Assembly (NCBI RefSeq): GCF_947507565.1
Contig: NC_089176.1
Coordinates: 4,019,882 to 4,083,881, forward strand
Length of the DNA: 64,000 nt
Origin: Oscarella lobularis
Taxonomy: Eukaryota
Direction: 5' to 3'
Shown here piece after piece: positions 1 to 10,788 of the stretch. The position numbers and the translations under genes are program-made. The notes beneath the pieces were generated by a model, which worked only from the letters and a program-made list of their open reading frames with translations, was not told the DNA's origin and did no database searches. Numbering within the stretch: position 1 is the first letter of the stretch; every line of letters begins with the position of its first letter.

Positions 1-375
1 CTGGCTCATACGATCAAATCGAAACACTTTCATTACTTTTTATGCGACTCCAATAAAGCGGAGAAAGAAGAATTGACAAAGACTCTTGAGCTGATGTACG
101 AAAAAGGAATAGACAATGTCAGGGGCGGACCTTATTGCGAAATGAATTTGTCAGACGCCACGAAAAACGCAATACAACCACTAATCGATCACCTTAACAG
201 GCTCTGTTTCAATTGCCACAAGCCTGGTCACCTGCGGAAGAACTGCAGCAGTCAAAACTCTCAATCAGTTCCAAATCCCCCTGCAGATGATTGTGTAGTG
301 GAAATGCCTAAAATTGAAGACGAAATTCCGCGGAGCCGTGATCGAGGGAGTGGGGGGTGGTGTAACATTTTATAG
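1..375 (+). CDS. GIY-YIG (Slx1/YhbQ-type) nuclease domain plus CCHC zinc-knuckle protein, array copy 1. The 5' end is cut off by the window edge.
   Basis: Frame of ORF 73-375 stays open back to position 1. It carries the conserved tail of the array paralogs ('KTLELMYEKGIDNVRGGPYCEM...') followed by the knuckle 'CFNCHKPGHLRKNC'. Parallels copy 5 (3389-3889). Confidence 0.55.
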   Translation: MAHTIKSKHFHYFLCDSNKAEKEELTKTLELMYEKGIDNVRGGPYCEMNLSDATKNAIQPLIDHLNRLCFNCHKPGHLRKNCSSQNSQSVPNPPADDCVVEMPKIEDEIPRSRDRGSGGWCNIL

Positions 376-565
376 CTTTTACTTTTTTTTACTTTCTGCA
401 TTCATTATTTTTTAGAAGCCACATAGTTTAATAATTAATATGACCTTTTTTTTGGAAAATCGTTGCGACTATTATGCGCTGTGCGCAAACGTGCGCGTGG
501 GCGCATTTTCCTGGTTAACGCCCCTAATTAAATTGGGGACTCCTGGCTCTCCCGGCTCACCTGAA

Positions 566-886
566 ATGTCAGCAAGTCACTTTGTCTACGTTCTCCAACT
601 CGAAGGAAATCGATTCTATGTTGGCACAACGACCGATGTAGATCGTCGCGTGAGACAGCACTCTTCTGGTGAAGGAGCCGCTGCATTCACGAGAAAATAC
701 CGACTTGTTCGCGAAGTGAGAGAAGAGCGACAAGAATTCGGTTCCAAAGAGGAAGCGAATCAAGCGGAAACGACCAAAACGTTGAAGTTGATGATCGAGA
801 AAGGCATCGACAACGTCAGAGGTGGCGAATATGCCCAAACAAGCCAGACCACGCCCACACGCGCAACCTTATACTTATCACCGTGA
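566..886 (+). CDS. GIY-YIG/CCHC array copy 2, a truncated variant. It has an internal deletion and a stop before the knuckle region, so it may be a pseudogene.
   Basis: ATG at 566 ('MSASHFVYVLQLEGNRFYVGTTTDVDRRVRQHSSGEGAAAFTRKY...KGIDNVRGGEYAQ'). It then departs from copy 6 and hits a stop at 886. A knuckle remnant 'GGGGCFRCGRTSHWQDECYASWSVDG' survives out of frame at about 900-1000. Confidence 0.5.
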   Translation: MSASHFVYVLQLEGNRFYVGTTTDVDRRVRQHSSGEGAAAFTRKYRLVREVREERQEFGSKEEANQAETTKTLKLMIEKGIDNVRGGEYAQTSQTTPTRATLYLSP

Positions 887-1416
887 TGACGTCAGTGTCC
901 GTGGTGGAGGAGGTGGATGCTTCCGGTGCGGAAGAACAAGTCATTGGCAGGATGAGTGCTATGCCTCTTGGTCTGTTGATGGGAGGCATCTCTACTAACT
1001 AAAAGAGAGGAGAGAGTTCTCTTCTTTTTGGGACATTAGATTTGTTCTCCTAATAATATATCAATGATTATTAATCTAAGTTGAACGCTGATAGCGATTT
1101 GTGGTTCTTCAGAAATTATTTCATTTTCGGTGTCTTTAGAATTTAACTCAAAATAAAAGTAAAAAACTAAATGATGAATTCATTAGCCGCGTGATGGGAT
1201 CAATCTCGGAACATGTTTGGTACGAGTCTGCCGAAAAAGCGAGGATTGAGGAATTGGCGAAGACTCTCGAGCTGATGGACGAACACACGACTTTTTTGGA
1301 ACGGTAATCGCGTGACTTGCCACTTTTGTATTTGCGCATGCGCCTGCATATGCGCATTAGTCACATTGCGCATTTCCTGTTAACGCCTCCAGTTGGGGAC
1401 TCCGCGGCCAGTTCGA

Positions 1417-1887
1417 ATGATGTCAGCGAGTCACGTCGTCTACGTTCTTGAACTTGAAGCAAATCAATTCTATGTTGGCATAACGGCCGATATAGATCGT
1501 CGTATGAGAGAACACTTTTCTGGTCGAGGAGCTGAATTTACGAAACGTTACCAACCCATTGGCATTCGAGAAGTGATCGAGGGATTCGATTCTGAAGAGG
1601 AGGCACGTGAAGAGGAAAGGATAAAAACGCTAGAGTTGATGAGTGAGAAAGGCATTTGCAACGTCAGAGGTGGTCCTTACACTCAAAGTACTGCGTTGCC
1701 CGTTGAAATAATATTGGATATAAGAAGGCAGATAGATGAACTGGAGGAAAACTGCTACAAGTGTCACCAGCCGGGCCATATGGCCAACAGATGCCCTGGA
1801 TATAGACCGTATGGCAAACCCGGTGTGTGCTATCAGTGTGGGATACAGGGCCATTGGAAACCAGAATGTCGCGGTGCGGGAGACTAG
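1417..1887 (+). CDS. GIY-YIG/CCHC array copy 3, with two knuckles.
   Basis: 'MMSASHVVYVLELEANQFYVGITADIDRRMREHFSGRGAEFTKRY...KTLELMSEKGICNVRGGPY'; knuckles 'CYKCHQPGHMANRC' and 'CYQCGIQGHWKPEC'. Intronless. Confidence 0.65.
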   Translation: MMSASHVVYVLELEANQFYVGITADIDRRMREHFSGRGAEFTKRYQPIGIREVIEGFDSEEEAREEERIKTLELMSEKGICNVRGGPYTQSTALPVEIILDIRRQIDELEENCYKCHQPGHMANRCPGYRPYGKPGVCYQCGIQGHWKPECRGAGD

Positions 1888-2053
1888 GCCACTGGGAAAC
1901 TGAATGCAGAGTTTTTGTCAGGTGACTGAAAAACGATTGCTAACTGACAGCTGCTCCTTTGTTCTTGTGCTTCTTTGTTCTTTGTGTTGCTCGCTGCTTT
2001 GCGCCTGCGCGAAAAAATAAAACCCGGACTCTGCGCGGTAAAGACTAAAGAAG

Positions 2054-2602
2054 ATGGCAGAGAAGCTGTACACGGTGTTCACGCTCGAGCTTGAAGGCGG
2101 AAAATACTACGTGGGAAGGTCGGAGAGCGTCGATCGTCGTCTGCGCGAACACTACGCGGGCGAGGGAACCGAATTCACGAAACTCCACCGCCCCCTTGCC
2201 GAACAGCAGGTCGAAAAGGTTTCGTGCAAGTCGAAAGACGAAGCGACTGCAGTCGTAGCGAAGCGAACGCTCGAATTGATGTCGGAAAAGGGCATCGAAA
2301 ACGTGCGAGGCAGCCAGCATTCCCGGATAAACTTAGGTGAAAAAACGAAAAAGGCACTTCAACACGAAATCGACGTATTGAAGAACAACTGCTACGAATG
2401 TCACGAACCAGGTCACATGGCTCAATCGTGCAAAAAGAAGAAACGATCTAAAAGTAGATCCTCTAAACCTTATTCTTCTTCATCATCGCGTCATGGATCA
2501 CGTGGTGTGAGTGGAGGTGCGTGCTTTAGATGCGGAAGAGCAAGCCATTGGCAGGGTCAGTGCTATGCCTCTTGGTCTATTGATGGAAAGCCTCTTCGCT
2601 GA
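2054..2602 (+). CDS. GIY-YIG/CCHC array copy 4, with two knuckles and a K/S-rich linker.
   Basis: ATG at 2054. 'LYTVFTLELEGGKYYVGRSESVDRRLREHYAGEGTEFTK', 'KRTLELMSEKGIENVRGS', 'CYECHEPGHMAQSC', 'CFRCGRASHWQGQCYASWSIDGKPLR'. Confidence 0.7.
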   Translation: MAEKLYTVFTLELEGGKYYVGRSESVDRRLREHYAGEGTEFTKLHRPLAEQQVEKVSCKSKDEATAVVAKRTLELMSEKGIENVRGSQHSRINLGEKTKKALQHEIDVLKNNCYECHEPGHMAQSCKKKKRSKSRSSKPYSSSSSRHGSRGVSGGACFRCGRASHWQGQCYASWSIDGKPLR

Positions 2603-2640
2603 CATTTTTGATTCGTTCTTCTAATAATAATGATTATTTT

Positions 2641-2790
2641 TGTGGTGATTCAGATTTCAGAAATTATTTCATCTTCCGTGTTTTTAATTAATCTAAGTGA
2701 GAAATTATTTCGTCTTCCGTGTCTTTAATTAACTCAAAATAAAACTAAATGATCATCAGTTCATTAATTAACTGCTGTGACGTCAGTGAG
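2641..2790. repeat. Conserved 3' flank shared by the GIY-YIG array units. It contains an internal direct repeat 'gaaattatttc[ag]tcttccgtgt[ct]ttt' (two copies) and an A-rich 'aactcaaaataaaactaaatgat' element.
   Basis: Nearly the same block recurs at 4868-5010. A more diverged version sits at 1100-1200. Confidence 0.6.
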
Positions 2791-3388
2791 TGACCTTTTC
2801 TTCTCTTAATTAACTCGAGTCGTAGCTGTTTTCGCTATAAGTGCTATCATTATCATTATCGTATTCTTCAATTTCAATTTTATTGGTTGCTCCTGCGTAT
2901 CCGTTTTGCATGTATCAGTTCCACGGAAAAACTCTGAGTGATACTGATACTTCTAGTAGCGAATCAGATGATACGCTTCTTTTTTGATGGTTGATTGTTT
3001 TGGCAGAATTTACAATAATGATAATTAGGCACTTGGATTATGAGTTTACTTACTTTCTAAACCAACGAATGGGTGAATGTTTTTCTAACGCGTCACCGAA
3101 GCCGACCTCTTTCTGGGTCAGAACTCCTGGAAAAAATGAGATTGCATTTTCTTAAGTCTAATTAATGGTGAGAGACGAGGGATGCGCGTGCCCGCGTTGC
3201 CGTTACGAGAATGCGCGCGTCCCAAGACTGAGTTTGGGAATTACTTTGCGGACGCTTTTCGGGTCGTCACGGTGCCAGGAGCCGCGATCGTACACGAGGC
3301 ATAATTAACCGGGAGTGACAACGATATCTACGAGTGAAAATAAACTGTCCCGGCTATATAGAGGGGTGGCTTTGTTCCGGGTTCGGAA

Positions 3389-3889
3389 ATGGTGCACTTC
3401 TTTGTCTATATTCTCGACTTAGACCACGGAAAGTTTTACGTTGGATCTACGAAGAATTTGGAGAGTCGTTTGAGAGCGCACATTGAGGGGAAGGGGGCCG
3501 AATTTACGAAGGTTCACAAACCTTTGGCTCGTGAAATCGTCTCGGAATACTTTCAATGTTTTTCGTACGAGTCTGATGAAGAAGCACTGAGCGGTGAATT
3601 GATGGCAACTCTTCAGCTGATGGACGAACAAGGAATAGAAAATGTGAGGGGCGGACCTTACTGCGAAATGACTTTATCAGACGCCACGAAAAAAGAAATA
3701 CAGAGATTAATTGATCATCTTAAAGGTCAATGCTACAAGTGTCACAAGCGTGCTCACGTACTGAGAGACTGCCAATCAATTCAGCATTCTGCTTCCCAAT
3801 ACCGTGGCAGAAACGACTACATGGTGCCTGGAGCTCTTGAAAACAGATTTCAAGACAGTGATCAGGGTGGCTATTGTAGAATTTTGTAG
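3389..3889 (+). CDS. GIY-YIG/CCHC array copy 5, with one degenerate knuckle.
   Basis: ATG at 3389, preceded by a TATA-like 'gctatatagagg'. 'HFFVYILDLDHGKFYVGSTKNLESRLRAHIEGKGAEFTKVH...LQLMDEQGIENVRGGPYCEM...CYKCHKRAHVLRDC'. Confidence 0.65.
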   Translation: MVHFFVYILDLDHGKFYVGSTKNLESRLRAHIEGKGAEFTKVHKPLAREIVSEYFQCFSYESDEEALSGELMATLQLMDEQGIENVRGGPYCEMTLSDATKKEIQRLIDHLKGQCYKCHKRAHVLRDCQSIQHSASQYRGRNDYMVPGALENRFQDSDQGGYCRIL

Positions 3890-4021
3890 CTTTCTCTCCG
3901 TAATTGGATTCAGTTTTAGCTTGATGATTTTTCGTTATATTATATCGATTGTCACGCGTTGCTTATGCGCATTTCCGGGGGTCAACGCCCTCGATTGGGG
4001 ACTCTCTTGGCTTACCAGTGC

Positions 4022-4819
4022 ATGATGTCGGCTAGTTACTTTGTCTACGTTCTCCAACTCGAAGGAAATCGATTCTATGTTGGAACAACGACCGATGTAA
4101 ATCGTCGCGTGAGACAGCACTTTTCTGGTGAAGGAGCCGCTGCATTCACAAGACGATACGAAGTTATTCGTGAATTGAGGGACGAGAGACAGGAATTCGG
4201 TTCTAAAGAGGAGGCGAGTCAAGCGGAAACGACCAAAACGTTGAAGTTGATGAGCGAGAAAGGCATCGACTACGTCAGAGGTGGCCAATATTCCCAAATT
4301 GACTTTTCCGACGAAACTAAAGAAGCAATACAAAGAAACATCGATCAAATGCAGAGCAACTGTTTCAAATGTCACCAGCCAGGCCACATGACCACCCAGT
4401 GCCCTACTAATACACGTGCTGCAACTAATACACGTGCTGCAACACGTGGACCAAATCGTTCTGCAACGCGTGGACCGAATCGTGTTCAACCGTACACCCG
4501 TCAACGCCCAGCCGCCGTAAGTTTTGTCTGCAGGCGCTGTAGGCGCCCTGGGCATAGCGAAGACAACTGTTTTTCAAAATCGACTGCTGATGGAAAGCCC
4601 CTGGGTAATACTTTTAGTATTGAATTAGACTCAGATGATGGTATCTGCTTTCGGTGTGGGAGACGGGGCCATCGGCAAAGCGAATGCTTTGCTTCGACAA
4701 CTGTTGATGGTGTCCGTGGTGGTGGAGGTAGAGGAGGTGGATGCTTCCGGTGTGGAAGAACAAGTCATTGGCAGGATGAGTGCTATGCCTCTTGGTCTGT
4801 TGATGGGAGGCCTCTCTAG
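4022..4819 (+). CDS. GIY-YIG/CCHC array copy 6, the longest copy, with four knuckles and an internal tandem peptide repeat.
   Basis: ATG at 4022. 'MMSASYFVYVLQLEGNRFYVGTTTDVNRRVRQHFSGEGAAAFTRRY'. Knuckles 'CFKCHQPGHMTTQC', 'CRRCRRPGHSEDNC', 'CFRCGRRGHRQSEC', 'CFRCGRTSHWQDEC'. Repeat 'TNTRAATNTRAATRGPNRSATRGPNR' at about 4405-4485. Confidence 0.7.
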   Translation: MMSASYFVYVLQLEGNRFYVGTTTDVNRRVRQHFSGEGAAAFTRRYEVIRELRDERQEFGSKEEASQAETTKTLKLMSEKGIDYVRGGQYSQIDFSDETKEAIQRNIDQMQSNCFKCHQPGHMTTQCPTNTRAATNTRAATRGPNRSATRGPNRVQPYTRQRPAAVSFVCRRCRRPGHSEDNCFSKSTADGKPLGNTFSIELDSDDGICFRCGRRGHRQSECFASTTVDGVRGGGGRGGGCFRCGRTSHWQDECYASWSVDGRPL

Positions 4820-4867
4820 AGAGAAAGAGTTCTGTTCTTTTTGAGACATTAGAAATAGATGGTTAGT

Positions 4868-5010
4868 GATTGGATTGTTTCTATGGTGATTTAGAAATTA
4901 TTTCATCTTCCGTGTTTTTAATTAATCTACGTGAGAAATTATTTCGTCTTCCGTGTCTTTAACTCAAAATAAAACTAAATGATGATCAGTTCATTAGTTC
5001 AATGCTGTGA
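4868..5010. repeat. Second copy of the conserved 3' flank element of the GIY-YIG array.
   Basis: Aligns by eye with 2641-2790 ('gatttagaaattatttcatcttccgtgtttttaattaatctacgtgagaaattatttcgtcttccgtgtcttt...aactcaaaataaaactaaatgat...gctgtgacgtcag'). Confidence 0.6.
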
Positions 5011-5062
5011 CGTCAGTTATGGAACTCATATATAAGATAGAGTAGTAACCTTTTCCTTCTCT

Positions 5063-6232
5063 TCAACTCAAGTCGTAGCTATTTCCGCTATAAGTGCTAT
5101 CATTATCGTATTCCTCAATGTCGATGTCATTGGTGGCGTATCCATTTTGTATCACTTCCCTCTGCCTGTACTCCCTATTCGACATTTGTGATAATTCGAC
5201 GGGTACAATTCGATTGCTCCACGATGCGCGCGCAGCCATCGTCGATCGACGTCTCCCTTTCCTTAGAGACACTGTATCTCTATGATTATTGACCCAGGCA
5301 ACTGTCATGCAACCGTAGATGACGCCCGTCAATTGAAAAGCGAAGAGTAGACTTCCGCCAACGATGAGATTGGCTGCATTGTCACGCAGCCAATTATCTA
5401 TGGGAGTATGACAGTCGTCCATTCGATGATGTGTCGAGTTGAAACAGGATGGGTCTTCATAGGATTTAAATGATATTTCGAGCGAGGAAGGGGGCTGTGA
5501 AAATGCACAGCACTCCAACTAGGAAATAACCTATTTATTTATTTATATATAGTCAGAATGTGTTATTACTGTTTTCTGGGCGTGTATTCGTATCTTGTCG
5601 CCTATTGCCATCCACGACTTCTCCTCATACTCGTCAATCTAAAAATAGTCCCAATAACACGGAAGTAGACGGGAGACGTCGACTTACGTAGGATCGAAGA
5701 AAGACAACGAGCAAGATGAGCGCAAACTCGCCAATAATAACCAAAGCATTCAACGTAGTAAACTAAGAAAGGAGATTATATATAGAGAGGATATAGAGGT
5801 GATGTGGCACCGTTTTGAGAAGACATCCGGTTTCGTTGAGAGCGCCACAGCATCCCAAGAAACCTGTCCCCCGCGGCCATAAGAGAATGAGAAAGACAAG
5901 CGAATTAGACATACCAACAACAAAGACCGCAGAACCCAAACAAACGATGACAATGAAGACGATCTGTGGAAGGAAAGGGAAGAGGGATTATCTCTCTATC
6001 TCTTTCTTGTCTTACTTGGTCCAAAGGGGTTATGTCGTAGCCCTTTTTGCCTGAGACGAGGATCCACGAGCATAATCCGATGGCCGCTGCGCCGACCAAC
6101 TGGCGAGAGGGAGGAGAGGAAAGTGTTAGATCCATTCTCGCTTCTTACGCGAGGTGGGATCGCGCCTACGCTTACCATGAATAGGACGCTTAGAACGCAG
6201 AGGATCCATCTAGCGCATTTCATGACGCAAGA
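5063..6232 (-). CDS. Tetraspanin-like four-pass membrane protein, about four exons.
   Basis: N-terminus 'MSCVMKCARWILCVLSVLFM' has the tetraspanin-type start with a donor straight after it. Later exons give 'ALVIIGEFALILLVVFL' (a transmembrane helix), then 'LECCAFSQP...C...C' (a CC-containing extracellular loop), then 'LIVGGSLLFAFQLTGVIYGCMTVAWV'. Exon joins are approximate. Confidence 0.5.
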
Positions 6233-6376
6233 CATGGCGACAAGTGGCTCCGAGCAACGGGCGAGCTTTTGTTGTTGTACTGTGCGCTCGCGGCGTCACA
6301 CCTAACGTACGTTGTTCCATCGATGACGTAATCAAGTCTACGCCACCTAACGTACGTTGCTCTGACGTCTTCGGTG

Positions 6377-7456
6377 ATGGCGACTACCTTGGATCAGTAC
6401 GTATCTCGCGTGCGAGCTCATTCCGACGCGAAAAAGTTTGCTGAACTCGCCGAAATGGTTCGAAATTCGAGAGAAATGCTATCGAAGAATATGGCGCACG
6501 TCGCAAACGCTTTGGAATCGTTCGACGCCGAATTGCACACGCTTGGAGTTCTCGGAATCCTGTACGATCGATCACAAGTAACGTTTATCGAAGAGGACGA
6601 TTGTTTTAGGTACGCCAAATCGACTCTGCCGTCGATTCCGGACGTGGACGGATTTTTGACGCAAATCCAGACATTCGTTCGAGTTTGCGCCACGCCCCAA
6701 ATTTCGCATGCTACTGATCTGTGTATGTGAGCCGAAAAAGCGCGCCAAATATATTAATATCTATTGTTTTCTAGATTGTTCTCTATGTCATTGTTATACA
6801 AAATTGATTCTGGGATTGAAACACGTGGGAGGAAGATGTGGAATGTTAATTTAATTTGTTATTGATTCTTTAGCCTATTAAGGGTATCGAGACTCTAAAA
6901 TTGGCGGTTGAAAAACTTCGACCGACGCCAAATCATCTCACTTCGATTCACGCCGACTTGGCTCAGGTTTTATATGGATATGATCACGTGACATTGGTTT
7001 ATAATGTGGCTACAAGGTGTGTCTACTTTCCAAGTGCTTTAAACCCGTATTGCCTTTTCTCGAATGCGACATTGGGGATTTTGTACAAGAGGTAAAATGA
7101 ATAAATAATAATTCAAAATTAATTCTATTGTATAAGGGAAACGGTTTTGACGTCAAAATGCTTTTACTCTATTACTACTACGGTGGCATGATATACACGG
7201 GAATCAAACAATTCGACAAAGCCCTTTTCTTTTTCGAAGCAGTAAGATCAATAATAAATAATTAATTAGAAGAGAGGGAGGGGTTTCTTTAGGCAGTCAC
7301 AACGCCGGCTCAAGCCGTGAGCGCAATCATGCTCGAAGCATATAAGAAATATATTCTCGTTTCGTTGCTACTTCACGGGAAAGTGCACGCTTTGCCTCGC
7401 TATACTTCCGGTGTAGTCGGACGATATCTCAAGGTAATGATAGCATTTAATTATTT

Positions 7457-7493
<37 letters not shown>

Positions 7494-8296
7494 TAGCCAC
7501 TTTGTGCTCCTTATAATGAGCTTACGACTGCCTACAGTACGAATAGCGCAGCTGAAGTCCAGAAAGTTGTGACGAAGCACAAAGACGCATTTATAAAAGT
7601 CACTTCACAAAAAAGCGTGACGTCAGATTGGATTTTATTTATTTATTGATTTTTTTCAGGATACGAATATGGGTTTAGTGAAGCAAGTCGTCGCTTCGCG
7701 CAATAGGAAAAATATTCAGATGCTAACCAAGGTGATGACGTATTTTAATTAATTAATTAATTACATTTTTTCTTATATTTTCTTCAGACTTTTCTGACTC
7801 TTTCTCTGGCTGATATGGCCAGTCGCGTTCAGCTATCGAGTCCCAAGGAAGCGGAAAAATGCATTCTTCACATGGTACATGATACAAAATCTTGAATCTC
7901 CTCTATTATTTAATTAAATTTAGATTGAAGATGGGGAAATTTTCGCTACAATTGATCATCAAAACGGCATGGTTTCATTTCGAGATAAACCGGAAACGTT
8001 TGCTGACGAGAAAATGGTTGCCATGGTAGACAGCGAGGTAAAATAAATAATATATATATACATATTTAATTACATTGGAGATTAGATTCACCGTTGCATG
8101 GAATTGACGAAACGAATTCAGAAAATGGATCGAGACATGGCCGTGAATCCACAATACGTCAAAAAAGTACAGGAAAAAATTCACCTAAATTTTTTTCTCA
8201 CGTGATTTTTTTTCTTTAGACTCTCGGTGTGCAATCGGATGATGATCTGGCGCTGTCTGTTACAGGTAGCCATTCGATGGAGAGCTACGCTATGTG
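6377..8296 (+). CDS. COPS3: COP9 signalosome complex subunit 3, with a PCI domain, about 10 exons.
   Basis: Exon translations match CSN3 along the whole length from memory: '[19 protein letters not shown]', '[12 protein letters not shown]', '[25 protein letters not shown]', '[47 protein letters not shown]', 'DTNMGLVKQ', '[29 protein letters not shown]', '[24 protein letters not shown]', 'AVNPQYVKK'. Introns are short GT-AG. Confidence 0.85.
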
Positions 8297-8531
8297 AAAA
8301 AAAAACAATGATGACGAATTTTTTTTTTGAGTTCTTTGCTTTGATTATGTATGGGTTGAATTCAAAATTAGGGGTCTCACCTCTTGTATTGTTGTAATCT
8401 CCTGTTTCTAATTAAAAAATCAAGTATTTACAGTTTCGTTTTATGATTGATGACGTCATTCAGTATTTTTTGCCGTATCTGTGACAATGGGAAAAAGTGA
8501 AAACGATTTTTTTGGGGGAATTTTTTGAATT

Positions 8532-10537
<2,006 letters not shown>

Positions 10538-10788
10538 CTTCGTCGCGGCACTGCGTTGCTTGATTTGGGGGGAATACGCTTCGTTCGAGTCTTCGTTTAG
10601 CTTCTGGGGTCGTGCGCTGTCATGAGGCGATGCTTCTGTTCGATTTCCTTTGTTTTGCGACGGTTGGGTGTTAGGGAAGCTAGCGCACGCGCTATGACGT
10701 GTTCACAAGACGTCAGACGCTCTAATTCGTTAGCAACGAAGACGATCGCGTGCGAGTGGCGCGAAATCAATGACGTCAATCGATTTTT

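Noticed and set aside
7440-7500. (TAAA)n / 'aataaataaataaat' tracts, also at 9950-9975, 31930-31960, 33175-33200, 50825-50860 and 58742-58765, as possible satellites or regulatory repeats
   Set aside because: They all fall inside short introns or UTRs and are a general feature of intron composition in this genome, so they are not discrete elements.
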